From Minisyncoccota bacterium (lineage in GTDB: Bacteria; Patescibacteriota; Minisyncoccia; Phycocordibacterales; UBA9973), in NCBI GenBank assembly GCA_942491275.1, contig CALNZI010000007.1, positions 63,353 through 127,352 of the forward strand: 64,000 bases of DNA. Reading direction: 5' to 3'. Positions within the stretch are counted from its first letter, which is position 1. Every line of letters starts with the position of its first letter. Position numbers and translations under genes: made by a program. The notes beneath the pieces are model-generated. The model was not told the origin of the DNA. It saw only the letters and a program-made list of their open reading frames with translations, and did no database searches. This document shows positions 50,585 through 62,061 of the stretch, one piece after another.

Positions 50585-50980
50585 CCATGACCCACAAGCC
50601 ATTTTTATTGCGCATCATGCTGGCCGCCCTGTTGCTGCTTTCCGGCATGCCCGGTCATGCGGGAACGGATACGGTCGGCACCATCACCCCCTGCGGAATT
50701 GGCGCAGAGACTGAAAGCACCCAACCCGTCGGTCATCATCGATACCCGCACGCGCGAGGAGTATTCGGCCGGGCATATCGACACCGCCCTGAACCTGCCG
50801 TACGACGAGCTGGCGCACCGGCTGGACGCCATACCCGGCGGCAAATCCGCTGAGATCGTCGTGTATTGCCGGAGCGGTAAACGCGCGCGGATTGCCGAGG
50901 AAATTCTCGTCGAAAAGGGCTATACGAACGTGAAGGATCTGGCGGGGCACTGGCAGGCATGGAGCCGGCAAACGCAGTAG
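50585..50980 (+). CDS. Periplasmic rhodanese-domain sulfurtransferase, interrupted by a 1-nt frameshift in a C5 run (~50690)
   Basis: Signal peptide MTHKPFLLRIMLAALLLLSGMPGHAG in one frame; rhodanese domain PAELAQRLKAPNPSVIIDTRTREEYSAGHIDTALNLP...VVYCRSGKRA in the adjacent frame. Confidence 0.55.
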
Positions 50981-50990
50981 CAGAAAGCTG

Positions 50991-52400
50991 TCAAGCCCGC
51001 ATCAACGCCTCGATTTCCGCCACCGTCTTCGGTGCGGCTGCGGTCAGCACTTCGCAGCCTTGCGCGGTGATCGTCACGTCGTCCTCGATGCGCACGCCGA
51101 TGTTCCACAGTGCCTGCGGCACATCGTCGGCGGGGCGGATGTAGCAGCCGGGTTCGACGGTGAACACCATGCCGGGCTGCAACGCGCGCCACTCGTCGCC
51201 TGCCTTGTAATCGCCGACATCGTGCACGTCCATGCCCAGCCAGTGACCGGTGCGGTGCATGTAGAAGCGGCTGTAGTCGCCGGCTTTCCAGCACGCCATC
51301 GACGCGTGCCGGTGAGCATAGCTTCAGGTCGATGATGCCCTGCGCCAGGACGGCGACGGCGACATCATGCGGTACGTTCCAGTGCACGCCGGGACGGGTG
51401 GCGGCAATGGCGGCTTCCTGGGCGGCAAGCACAAGTTCATAAACGTCGCGCTGCGGCGGCTGAAGCGGCCGTTGACCGGGAAGGTGCGGGTAATGTCCGA
51501 GGCGTAGCCGTCGAGCTCGCAGCCGGCGTCGATCAGCAGCAGTTCGCCATCGGCCTGAGCACGGCATCGTTGCCCACGTAATGCAGCACGCACGCATTCG
51601 CGCCGCCCGCGACGATGGAAGGATAGGCGGGATGGCGCGCGCCGTGGTGGCAGAATTCATGCAGCAATTCCGCCTCGACCTGGTATTCGAACTGGCCGGG
51701 GCGGACAAAGCGCATGGCGCGCCGGTGCGCCCGGGTTGCAATCTCTGCGGCACGGCGCATGACGGCCAGTTCGTGCTCGTCCTTGAACAGCCGCATTTCG
51801 TTGAGCAGCGTGCGCACGTCGTGGATCTCGTTCGGTGCGCGGATGCCGCTGCGCGCCTTGGCCTGCACCTCGCCGCGCGTGTCGAGGATGCGCTGATCCC
51901 ACACCGCATCATGGCCCACCGGATAGAACAGCGCAGGCTGGTTGCCCATCAGTTCGGCCAGCTTGTCATCCAGTTGCGCGACCGGGCAGGCATCATCGAA
52001 CCCGTATTGCTCCCTTGCGGCGTCGGGACCGGCACGGTAGCCGTCCCATACTTCGCGTTCCGGATTCTTTTCGCGGCAGAACAGGATGGCTTGCGTTTCA
52101 TCTCGCCGCGACCAGCACCAGCACCGCCTCGGGCTCGGCGAAGCCGCTCAGGTAATAAAAATTGCTGTCGTGGCGATAACCGTAATGGGTGTCGCCATTG
52201 CGCGCGACTTCCGGTGCGGTGGGAATGACGGCGATGCCGTGCCGCGAGCGGTAGTTTCCAGCAGGCGCTGGTGCGGCGTTGTGCGTAGAGGGCAGATGTC
52301 CAATGAGTCATGGCGCGTTGTGCTGCGAGCGGATCGAGCTGTGTCGAGCTCGGCGAGGCGCTGCGGGGTGCCGATATCCACCCACAGGCCGTCGAATGAT
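50991..52400 (-). pseudogene. pepP: Xaa-Pro aminopeptidase (PepP), split over at least 3 minus-strand frames
   Basis: C-terminal [15 protein letters not shown]...GMVFTVEPG...GVRIEDDV, middle LLLIDAGCELDGYASDITRTFPVNGRFS, and N-proximal HELAVMRRAAEIATRAHRRAM, each in a different frame. Confidence 0.65.
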
Positions 52401-52402
52401 GT

Positions 52403-53116
<714 letters not shown>

Positions 53117-54238
53117 TCAAAAGGTGTACCCCGTTTGCGCCTCGCGCTGCTCCAGCTCGTCCAGCAGGTTCAGCAACGGCTTGAGATCGATATAGCGTGC
53201 GCAGGCGGCACGCAGGTAATCCATCACCAGCGGCAGGTCTTTCAAATAGCCATCCTTGCCGTCGCGATGATACAGGCGCGCGAAGATGCCCAGCACCTTG
53301 AGATGGCGCTGCACGCCCATCCATTCGTAATCGCGGTAGAACTCGCCGAAGTCCGCATGCACCGGCAACCCCGCCTTGCGCGCCTTTTCCCGGTAGCGGA
53401 TCAGCCAGTCCATGATCTCCGCCTCTTCCCAGCGGATATAGGCATCCTTGAACAGCGAGACCAGGTCGTAGGTAATCGGGCCGTATACGGCGTCCTGGAA
53501 ATCCAGGATGCCGGGTGAGGTTAGAATATTGACCTTCTCGTTCTCCCCCTCTCCCGCAAGCGGGATAACCAGCGACTTGGCTGCGGTCGTTTGCAGCCTA
53601 GTCGAATGGCTAGTTGTTTCACTCAGAGAGTTAGAGAGAGGGTGGCCAATATGCATCAAATTGCGCGAATGGTAGTCGCGATGCACGTAGACGCGCGGCT
53701 GGGCGAGATTGCTGGCGAGGATGCGGCGAAAGCATTCTTCCAGTGCTGCCTGCTGCCTGTCGCTGAGCGTGACACCCAGATGCCTGGCGACATACCAGTC
53801 CGGAAACAGGTTCAGTTCACGGCGCAGCAGGGATTCATCATAAGGCGGCAGTTCGTTCGCGCGCGAGGCAAGCTGGATCCTGATCAGTGCGTCAGTGGCG
53901 GAACCGTACAGCCTGCACGCCGTACCGCCATCCAGTACCTGCAGGTAAGTGGTATTGCCAAGATCGGACAGCAGCAGAAAACCCTGTTGCAAATCATGCG
54001 CATATGCATGCGGCACATGCGTTCCGGCCTCCTCGAACAATTTGGCGACATGCAGGAATGGTGGCAATCCTCGGGCTGTGGCGGGGTGATCCAGTGATGA
54101 TTCGGGTCGACCCGTCGACGAATGTAGCGAAAAGTAGCGGCGAAAGCTGCCTTCGTGCTGAAGCCGGAAGGCAAGTGCAAAGGTCTTGCCGGGGAACAGG
54201 TCTTGCAGCCACGCGGCTAGTTGTTGCTGACGTTGCAT
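53117..54238 (-). CDS. amgK: Anomeric MurNAc/GlcNAc kinase AmgK-like aminoglycoside-phosphotransferase-fold protein, carrying an in-frame ~45-codon insertion
   Basis: APH-fold motifs YVHRDYHSRNLM...ILDFQDA; the inserted lower-GC block around 53,520-53,650 contains a REP-like palindrome. Confidence 0.65.
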   Translation of the reverse strand: MQRQQQLAAWLQDLFPGKTFALAFRLQHEGSFRRYFSLHSSTGRPESSLDHPATARGLPPFLHVAKLFEEAGTHVPHAYAHDLQQGFLLLSDLGNTTYLQVLDGGTACRLYGSATDALIRIQLASRANELPPYDESLLRRELNLFPDWYVARHLGVTLSDRQQAALEECFRRILASNLAQPRVYVHRDYHSRNLMHIGHPLSNSLSETTSHSTRLQTTAAKSLVIPLAGEGENEKVNILTSPGILDFQDAVYGPITYDLVSLFKDAYIRWEEAEIMDWLIRYREKARKAGLPVHADFGEFYRDYEWMGVQRHLKVLGIFARLYHRDGKDGYLKDLPLVMDYLRAACARYIDLKPLLNLLDELEQREAQTGYTF

Positions 54239-54298
54239 ATCGGGCTTTTGAATGGCGTTAATGGTAAACTCGCGAAAGTTTACCACCTTACTATTGTC

Positions 54299-56522
54299 AT
54301 GCGGCACCGTCTCAAGCCCATCGCGTTCACCCTGCTCTGCACTTTCGCGCATCACGCCAGCGCGAATACCGAGTGGCTTGCCTTGCGCATGGACAAGACT
54401 TTCATGGCGATGTCGGAGCCGGCAGAGGAACCGCCCACCTTCATGGAAGCCGACCGCCTGACGGGCAAAAAGGAAAGCCAGATCGAGGCGCATGGGCAAC
54501 GCGGTACTGCGCAAGCGCGAGCCAGTCCATCAAGGCGGATCGCCTGCTGTATTTCCAGGATACCAGTGACCTCGACGCACAGGGCTCGGTGGTACTGGAA
54601 CAGGGCGGCAACACGATGCGCGGCCCGCACCTCAAGCTGAACCTGGATACCGATATCGGCACCATGGAACAACCGGTATTCTATCTTGCGGAAAATGACG
54701 GACGCGGTTCGGCGGACATGATGCACATCCACGACAAGGAGCATTACACGCTCGACAATGCCACCTATACCACCTGCCCCGCCGATAACGAGGACTGGCT
54801 GCTGAAAATGCGCGGCCCGGAAATCGACCGCGACCGGCAGATAGGCACTGCCCATCATGCCTGGGTAGAGTTCATGGGCCTGCCGATCCTGTATTCCCCA
54901 TGGATGGACTTCCCGCTCAATGACCGGCGCAAGTCTGGTTTCCTGTCGCCGGTATTCGGCAGCACCACCAAGGGCGGCAAGGAACTGACCCTGCCCTATT
55001 ACTGGAATATTGCGCAGAACCGCGACGCGACAATCGCGCCGCGTGCAATGACCAAACGCGGCATATCGCTCAATAATGAATTCCGCTACCTGGAATCGGG
55101 CTATAGCGGCGAGCTACAACTGGATGTATTGCCCGACGACAGGCTGGCCAGACGCAGCCGCACCCGCGTATCGGTTGTCCATAAACAAGCCATTGCAGGC
55201 GGTCTGAACGGCTATGTCAACCTGAACAGCGTTTCGGACGACGCCTATTTCCGCGACCTGGGCAGCACCATCAATGCCACCTCGCAGGCCAACCTGTTGC
55301 AGGAAGCGGTTTTGACCTATGGTGACGGCTGGTGGAATGCGGCCGCACGCATCCAGCGTTACCAGACCCTGCAGGATCCCACCGCCCCGATTGGCGCACC
55401 ATACAAGCGCCTGCCGCAATTGACGGTCAATGCACAACAGAGTTATTCGGATGCCCGTCTGGCCTTTGCCGGCGAGTTCGTCGATTTCAGCCACCCCACC
55501 GCGCTGGAATGTGCGAGACGCCTGGTCATCCATCCCAGCGCCAGCTATCCCCTGACTGTCGATCCGGCCTTTTACGTAACGCCGAAAATCGCGCTGCACA
55601 GCACGCACTATGTACTGGAAGCGAACAACCGCAATACTCTGCCGAACGCTTCGCGCACCCTGCCCATCGTGAGCGTGGACAGCGGGGTGGCTTTCGAGCG
55701 CGACTGGGATCTGTTCGGCGGTAGTTATGTACACACCCTCGAGCCGCGCGCCTTTTATGTTTATGTGCCCTACAAGGATCAAAACCAGCTGCCCAATTTC
55801 GACTCGGCCCAGGCCAATTTTGATTTCACGCAGATGTTCACCGAAAACCGTTTCTTCGGCAACGACCGGGTGGGGGACGCAAACCACGTTACGCTGGCCG
55901 TCACTTCACGCCTGCTGGAGCCCAGAGAAACGGCATGGAGCGACTGAAATTATTGATAGGCGAACGTTTCAGCTTTAAGACCCCCCGTGTAAATCTGGTT
56001 GCGCCCACGACCACCACCAGCAAATCCGACATTCTGCTCGCCGCCTCCGGCAGGCTGACCAATGCGTGGTCTTTAGACAGCGAGTTCCAGTACGACCCCA
56101 ATCAGTCGCACAGCCAGCGCTACAACATCGCTTCGCGTTACCGGCCGGAAATCGGCAAATCCTTCGACCTCGGCTACCGCTTTTCACGCAACACCTTGCG
56201 CCAGATCGACGTTTCCGGGCAGTGGCCGCTGTCCAGCCACTGGCGTGCAATCGGGCGCCTGAACTATTCGCTGCAGGACGGCAAAACCTTGGAGTCGATT
56301 GCCGGGCTTGAGTATAATCAAAGCTGCTGGACGCTTCGTTTCGTAGCGCAACGTTTTACTGTCGCGCAGCAGGATGCCAATACCGGCCTGTTCCTGCAGC
56401 TTGAATTGAATGAATTTATCAGTGTCGGCGTCGACCCCATCAACGCTTTGAAGCAAAGCGTGCCGAGCTATACAAAGTTGAACGAGAAAACCCCCAACAA
56501 ACCCGGTTCAGCCCTGCGCTGA
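54299..56522 (+). pseudogene. lptD: LPS-assembly protein LptD, interrupted by at least 4 frameshifts
   Basis: Signal peptide MRHRLKPIAFTLLCTFAHHASA, OstA-like N-terminus, then beta-barrel segments in shifting frames (breaks near 54,490-54,520 and 55,925-55,945). Confidence 0.7.
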
Positions 56523-56535
56523 ATCAGGCAGAGGA

Positions 56536-57897
56536 ATGATGATGCCCAGGATAGCTGCCACCGCGCTTGTTTGCTGCGCCGCCCTTATTGCCACCCACCC
56601 CGCTTGGGCCGCCGACACCATGACCAGGCCTGCACATGCTGCGCCAGCCGCTCTCGACCCGCAAAAACAGGTGGCAGTCATTGACTGGGTCGTTGCGGTA
56701 GTCAACGATGATGTCATTACCCGCAAGGAACTGGACGGGCGGTTGCGCGTAGTGGTGCAACAACTGCAAAAGCAGGGCACGCCGCTGCCTCCCCCTGAAG
56801 TGCTGGAAAAACAGATACTCGAACGCATGATCACCGATATGCTGCTGGCGCAATTCGCCGAGGAAAACGGCGTCCGTGTCGACGACACGCAACTGGATCT
56901 GGCGATCACGCGCATTGCCCAGCAAAACAACTTCCCATCGCAGGCCGAATTCCGCGCCAGACTGGAGGCGGATGGTGTGGATTACAAGAAATTCCGCGAG
57001 GAAATACGCAGTGAAATCATTGCCACGCGCCTGCGCGAGCGGGAGGTGGAAAGCAAACTCATTATCAGCGACAGCGAGGTGGACAGCTATCTCGCCAACA
57101 AGGCGAAAATGAAAGGTGTTGAGGAAGATATCCATCTTGCGCACATTTTGGTAGTGATACCGGAGCAGGCCAATGCGGAAAAAATCCAGGCCGCGCGCAG
57201 CAAGGCAGAGCAGGCATTGAGCCAATTGCGGGAAGGCGCAGATTTTGCGCAAGTGGCCGCCGGTTACTCAGATGCGAAAGATGCCTTGAAGGGCGGTGAT
57301 CTCGGCTGGCGGCCAAGCGACCGCCTGCCGCCGATGTTTGCCGCCGAACTGCAAAAATTGCAGCCCGGCCAGACCACCACCGTGCTGCGCAGCCCGAATG
57401 GCTTACATATCCTCAAGCTGGTCGACAGGCGCAGCGGCAGCGCGCCGGAGATAATCACGCAAACCCATGCACGGCATATCCTGATCAAGACCAGCGAGAT
57501 CGTTTCTGAAAATGAGGCAAAGAAACGCCTGCTGGAAATCCGGCGGCGCATCGATGCCGGCGCGGATTTTGCCGAACAGGCCAGACGCTTCTCGCAGGAC
57601 GGCAGCGCGCAACAGGGGGGCGACCTGGACTGGCTGTCTCCCGGGCAGACCGTGCCGGAATTCGAAGAAACCATGAACAAGCTGCAGCCCGGCAAGATCG
57701 GCATGACACAAACGCAGTTCGGCTGGCACCTGATTCAGGTACTGGAGCGCAGGAACGCCGATGTCAGCGAGCAGCAGCAGCGCCAGCAAGCGCGCATGGC
57801 CATCGGAACCTTCCGGTCGGACGAGTTGTACCAGGATTGGCTGCGGCAATTGCGCGATCGCGCCTTTATCGAATACCGCATCGAGGAAAACCAGTAA
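56536..57897 (+). CDS. surA: Periplasmic chaperone / peptidyl-prolyl isomerase SurA
   Basis: Signal peptide, SurA N-terminal domain and two parvulin-type PPIase domains (GGDLGW...; FGWHLIQV). Confidence 0.85.
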   Translation: MMMPRIAATALVCCAALIATHPAWAADTMTRPAHAAPAALDPQKQVAVIDWVVAVVNDDVITRKELDGRLRVVVQQLQKQGTPLPPPEVLEKQILERMITDMLLAQFAEENGVRVDDTQLDLAITRIAQQNNFPSQAEFRARLEADGVDYKKFREEIRSEIIATRLREREVESKLIISDSEVDSYLANKAKMKGVEEDIHLAHILVVIPEQANAEKIQAARSKAEQALSQLREGADFAQVAAGYSDAKDALKGGDLGWRPSDRLPPMFAAELQKLQPGQTTTVLRSPNGLHILKLVDRRSGSAPEIITQTHARHILIKTSEIVSENEAKKRLLEIRRRIDAGADFAEQARRFSQDGSAQQGGDLDWLSPGQTVPEFEETMNKLQPGKIGMTQTQFGWHLIQVLERRNADVSEQQQRQQARMAIGTFRSDELYQDWLRQLRDRAFIEYRIEENQ

Positions 57898-57900
57898 GCT

Positions 57901-58920
57901 GTGAACACAGCGCTTTCTCCGGCACCCTTGGTAGTCACCTCCGGTGAGCCGGCAGGCATAGGCCCCGATTTATGCGTGCAACTGGCAGCCGCGCAACTTG
58001 ATATCCCGTTCGTAATCATGGCCGACCGGCGCCTGCTGCAACAGCGCGCCGCACTGCTCGGTGCCGATTTGCGTCTTTGCGATTATGCCGGTGCAGGAAC
58101 ATGGAAAAATGAAAAAGGCAGGGAGCCTCCTGTCATACCGGTCATCCATGTTCCGCTTGCCGCGCCATGCCAGGCCGGCATGCTGGAAATATCCAACAGC
58201 GCATATGTATTGGCCATGTTGCGCCGTGCCGTACAGGGCTGCCAGTCCGGTGAATTTTCCGGCATGGTCACCGCACCGGTGCACAAGGGTGTCATCAACG
58301 ATGCCGGCATCCCGTTCACCGGGCACACCGAATTTCTCGCTGCGCAAACCGGTGCCGATCATGTCGTCATGATGCTTGTCGGGGCAGGGATGCGCGTAGC
58401 GCTGGCCACCACACACCTCCCGTTGAAAGATGTACCGGCCGCAATCACCGCACCACTGCTGGAAAACGTGCTGAACATCCTCAGGCGCGATTTGCAGTGC
58501 CGCTTCGGCATTACACAGCCGCGCGTCCTGGTAGCAGGATTGAACCCGCACGCTGGCGAAGGCGGCCATCTGGGACGCGAGGAAATCGAAATCATGATTC
58601 CGGTACTGGACAGGCTGCGCGCCAAAGGCTTCGATGTCAGCGCGCCGTTGCCTGCCGACACGCTGTTTACTCCGCAAAAACTGGCGCAGTGCGATTGCGT
58701 GCTTGCGATGTACCACGATCAGGGCCTGCCGGTGCTCAAGCATGCCAGCTTCGGCCAGGGCGCAAACATCACGCTCGGCCTGCCGATCATCCGCACCTCT
58801 GTTGACCATGGCACTGCGCTGGAACTGGCCGGCTCCGGCCAGGCCGACAGCGGCAGCCTGCTGGAAGCGATCAGAATCGCGGCACAGATGGTACATAACG
58901 AAGCGGCATATCGTGCATGA
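57901..58920 (+). CDS. pdxA: 4-hydroxythreonine-4-phosphate dehydrogenase
   Basis: VTSGEPAGIGPDL...NPHAGEGG...; GTG start. Confidence 0.85.
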   Translation: MNTALSPAPLVVTSGEPAGIGPDLCVQLAAAQLDIPFVIMADRRLLQQRAALLGADLRLCDYAGAGTWKNEKGREPPVIPVIHVPLAAPCQAGMLEISNSAYVLAMLRRAVQGCQSGEFSGMVTAPVHKGVINDAGIPFTGHTEFLAAQTGADHVVMMLVGAGMRVALATTHLPLKDVPAAITAPLLENVLNILRRDLQCRFGITQPRVLVAGLNPHAGEGGHLGREEIEIMIPVLDRLRAKGFDVSAPLPADTLFTPQKLAQCDCVLAMYHDQGLPVLKHASFGQGANITLGLPIIRTSVDHGTALELAGSGQADSGSLLEAIRIAAQMVHNEAAYRA

Positions 58921-59030
58921 ACTTGCGCCAAAACGTTTTTTTGCCTTATGAACCATAAGGCCATGGTACGTTTTAGCTCCGGCGTCACGCGCTACGCGCA
59001 TGAGCCTTCACTGAAACGCTTTTTTGCCTT

Positions 59031-59822
59031 ATGAACCATAAGGCAAAAAAGCGATTTGGTCAGAACTTTCTTGTCGATGCGCATATCGTCGCCGCTATCG
59101 TTGCCGCCATCCGCCCCGAAGCGAAAGACAACATGGTGGAAATCGGACCCGGGCTGGGCGCGCTGACCCGCCCGCTGCTGGAACGGCTGGATCGCCTGCA
59201 TGTGGTGGAAATCGACCGCGACATCATCGCGCGCCTGGCACACGACTATCCGCAGGGCGGCCCGGCATCGAAACTGATTATCCACGCCGGTGATGCGCTG
59301 GAGTTCGATTTTTCGACGCTGCCAACTCCGCTGCGTATTGTCGGCAACCTGCCCTACAACATTTCCTCTCCGCTGCTGTTTCATTTTGCCGCCTATGCCG
59401 GGCGCATCTCCGACATGCATTTCATGCTGCAAAACGAGGTCGTCGAACGCATGGTTGCCCAACCCTCCACTCCGGAATACGGGCGGCTATCGGTGATGCT
59501 GCAATACCGCTTCCAGATGGAAAAACTGCTCGACGTCCCGCCGCAGTCTTTCCGTCCGGAACCGAAGGTGAATTCCGCTATCGTGCGCATGATCCCGCTT
59601 CCTGCCGGTGAAATCGTGGTGCGCAATGAAAAACTGTTTGCCGCCGTGGTCGGTGCTGCATTCGGCCAGCGCCGCAAGACGCTGCGCAACACCCTGCGCA
59701 ATTACCTGAGCGAGGCGGATTTTGAAAAACTGGGGATCGACGCCCGGCTACGCGCGGAAAACCTGACCGTGGCCGAGTTTGCCAAGATGGCAAATTATCC
59801 TGATATCCACTCCGGCAACTGA
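59031..59822 (+). CDS. rsmA: 16S rRNA (adenine1518/1519-N6)-dimethyltransferase
   Basis: KKRFGQNFL...[10 protein letters not shown] motifs. Confidence 0.9.
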   Translation: MNHKAKKRFGQNFLVDAHIVAAIVAAIRPEAKDNMVEIGPGLGALTRPLLERLDRLHVVEIDRDIIARLAHDYPQGGPASKLIIHAGDALEFDFSTLPTPLRIVGNLPYNISSPLLFHFAAYAGRISDMHFMLQNEVVERMVAQPSTPEYGRLSVMLQYRFQMEKLLDVPPQSFRPEPKVNSAIVRMIPLPAGEIVVRNEKLFAAVVGAAFGQRRKTLRNTLRNYLSEADFEKLGIDARLRAENLTVAEFAKMANYPDIHSGN

Positions 59823-59829
59823 TGGCAGC

Positions 59830-61237
59830 TCAGCCTATCCCATGCTGCTTCAGTTTTTTCCACAACGTGGTGCGCGACATGCCAAGCTTCTCGGCAGCAG
59901 CGGCCTTGTTGCCCCCGGTTTCCTTTAACGCAGCCATGAGCATCTCTTTTTCCTGCCCTTCCTGTTGCACGGGCGCGCGGTAATAGCGCTGCACGAGCGC
60001 TACCGCCGGTGCCGTAACGTTCGCAGCACGCAAATCGGCAACCTGATGGCCGGCCTCCTGGATTTCGGGCGGCAAATGGCGTGCCAGGATTGCAGTGCCG
60101 TCCACGTGAACCATGGCATATTCCAGGGCATTGACCAGCTCCCGGACGTTGCCCGGCCAATTGTAGGCGCCCAGCGCATCCAGCGCCTCGCCGGAAAGCT
60201 GTATATCGCGCCCCGGGAGGCGGGCAAGCATATTGGCCAGCATGGTGCTGGCCAGCAACGGGATATCCTCACGGTGCTCGCGCAAGGCGGGAACGTGCAA
60301 GGGGAGCACACGCAAGCGGTAATAAAGATCCGCGCGGAATTCACCGCGACTGACCATGGCCGGCAAATCGCGGTGCGTTGCCGCAATAATGCGCACATCC
60401 ACCTTGCGGGTCTGGTTTTCGCCGAGCCGCTCGATTTCGCGCTCCTGCAAAACACGCAACAGTTTTACCTGAACGTTCAGGGGCACTTCGCCGATCTCGT
60501 CCAGCAACAGCGTTCCGCCGTGAGCGGCTTCAAAACGGCCTTCGCGTGCGGTAGCCGCACCGGTGAATGCGCCGCGCGCGTGGCCTGAACAATTCACCCT
60601 CCAGCAACTGCTCGGGAAAGGCGGCACAGTGCACTCGTATATAAGGCCCCTTGGCACGGCTCGGCTAATTGTCATGCAGCGCACGCGCAACCAGCTCCTT
60701 GCCGGTGCCGCTCTCTCCGGTAATCAGGATGCTGGCCTCGCTGGCTGCCGCCCGCAGTATCTGGCGGAACAAGTCCTGCATGACACCGCTGTGCCCGACC
60801 AGGCCGCCCAGGCGCAGCCTGTCGCTGGCCGCCTCTTCCAGTTGCACCTCCTGAGTCCGGTCGCGCAACACCACGGCACAATATGCCAGCTTCTCGTCGG
60901 AAGGCAGCACCATGGCCCACATGCGCAACGGAACCAGCGTCCCGTCCGGGCGCTGCACGACCATGTCCTGGATTTTTTTCCCCTGTATCGCGTTTTTCAT
61001 CAGCGTGCAATGCCCTCTTTTTTCGCAGCTTCGCGCACAGGACGTTCCCTGGAAAATGCTGGGGCAGAGCTTGTTCAGGATATTGTCGTGATCCTGGCCC
61101 AGCATGCGGCTGGCCGCTTCATTGATCGCCACCACCTGGCGTTGCTGATCAAGAAAAAGAATGCCCTCCTCAAGATTGTCCAGGAATTGGCTCAGGCCGG
61201 ATAATGTAATCATAAACCCTCTCACTTTCGTTAACAC
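59830..61237 (-). pseudogene. Sigma54-dependent transcriptional activator with N-terminal Cys-rich PAS domain, frameshifted around 60,560-60,690
   Basis: PAS-like N-terminus with CPSIFQGTSCARSCEKRGHC, Walker [18 protein letters not shown], then in other frames [23 protein letters not shown] and a C-terminal Fis-type HTH ([15 protein letters not shown]). Confidence 0.7.
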
Positions 61238-61339
61238 GTTAACAGTTGACGCATGTTAACGTCACATCTTTACACTGTCAACCCTTGCCGCAACACACAT
61301 AAAAACGGCAAGTTATTGATATTAAATTGATTGTTATTT

Positions 61340-61357
61340 GTGGCACGGTAAATGCTT
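61340..61357 (+). promoter_or_regulatory. Sigma54 (-24/-12) promoter
   Basis: tTGGCACggtaaaTGCTtg: GG and GC separated by exactly 10 nt, one mismatch to the TGGCAC-N5-TTGCW consensus, about 62 nt upstream of the ATG. Confidence 0.6.
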
Positions 61358-61418
61358 GTAAGTTGGCATAGGCGGTCTTTCGGTACCGCCCCAATCAACA
61401 ACTTAAGGAGTGATCATC

Positions 61419-61929
61419 ATGAAACTGAACAAACTTGCCTTGACCTTGACTACCGCAGCCTTGCTGCCAACCTTTGCCTTCGCCGGCGCAGATCCCGTTG
61501 CCACCAGCTTCGAGCGCGACCTGAACCGCACCGCCACCACCGGGACCACTATCGTGGCCAAGTCGGCTGCCGACCCACTGGACATCATCAACCAGATCAT
61601 CGGCCAGGCTCCGGATGTTGTCGTAGCCAGCTTTGACCGCGACCTGTACCGCGCACCGACCGTAACGCCGGCCGTGTCGTTCGCCGGGGCAGCCGATCCG
61701 CTGGATGCGATCAATGTCGCGTTCCGCAGCGGCGGCAGCAACGAGCAAACCACCATTCTGGCGAGCTTCGAACGCGACCTGTACGCGCGTGCCGACTGTT
61801 TCTGCGGCAGTGAACGCCGGAACGGCTGACCCGCTGGTGGAAGCGTTCAATGTGGCCTTTTACGGCACGACCACCGATCAGGTACTGGCCAGCTTCGAGC
61901 GTGACCTGAACCGCACCTTTGCCGCATAA
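61419..61929 (+). CDS. Small secreted protein with four ~40-aa repeats ending in ASFERDL(N/Y)R, one frameshift near 61,800
   Basis: RBS aaggag; signal peptide MKLNKLALTLTTAALLPTFAFA; repeats containing AADPLD(A/I)IN...(A/T)SFERDL(N/Y)R. Confidence 0.5.
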
Positions 61930-62061
61930 GCGTGTTGACCGGGCGGGCACCTCATGGCCCGCCCACCCGACGAATGTCTTGACTGCCTCCCAAGATAGTT
62001 GAGACTTCGGCCCCCCTCCCCTCAGGGACTTTTTTGGGTGGCGCATCATCACATGCAGCGC

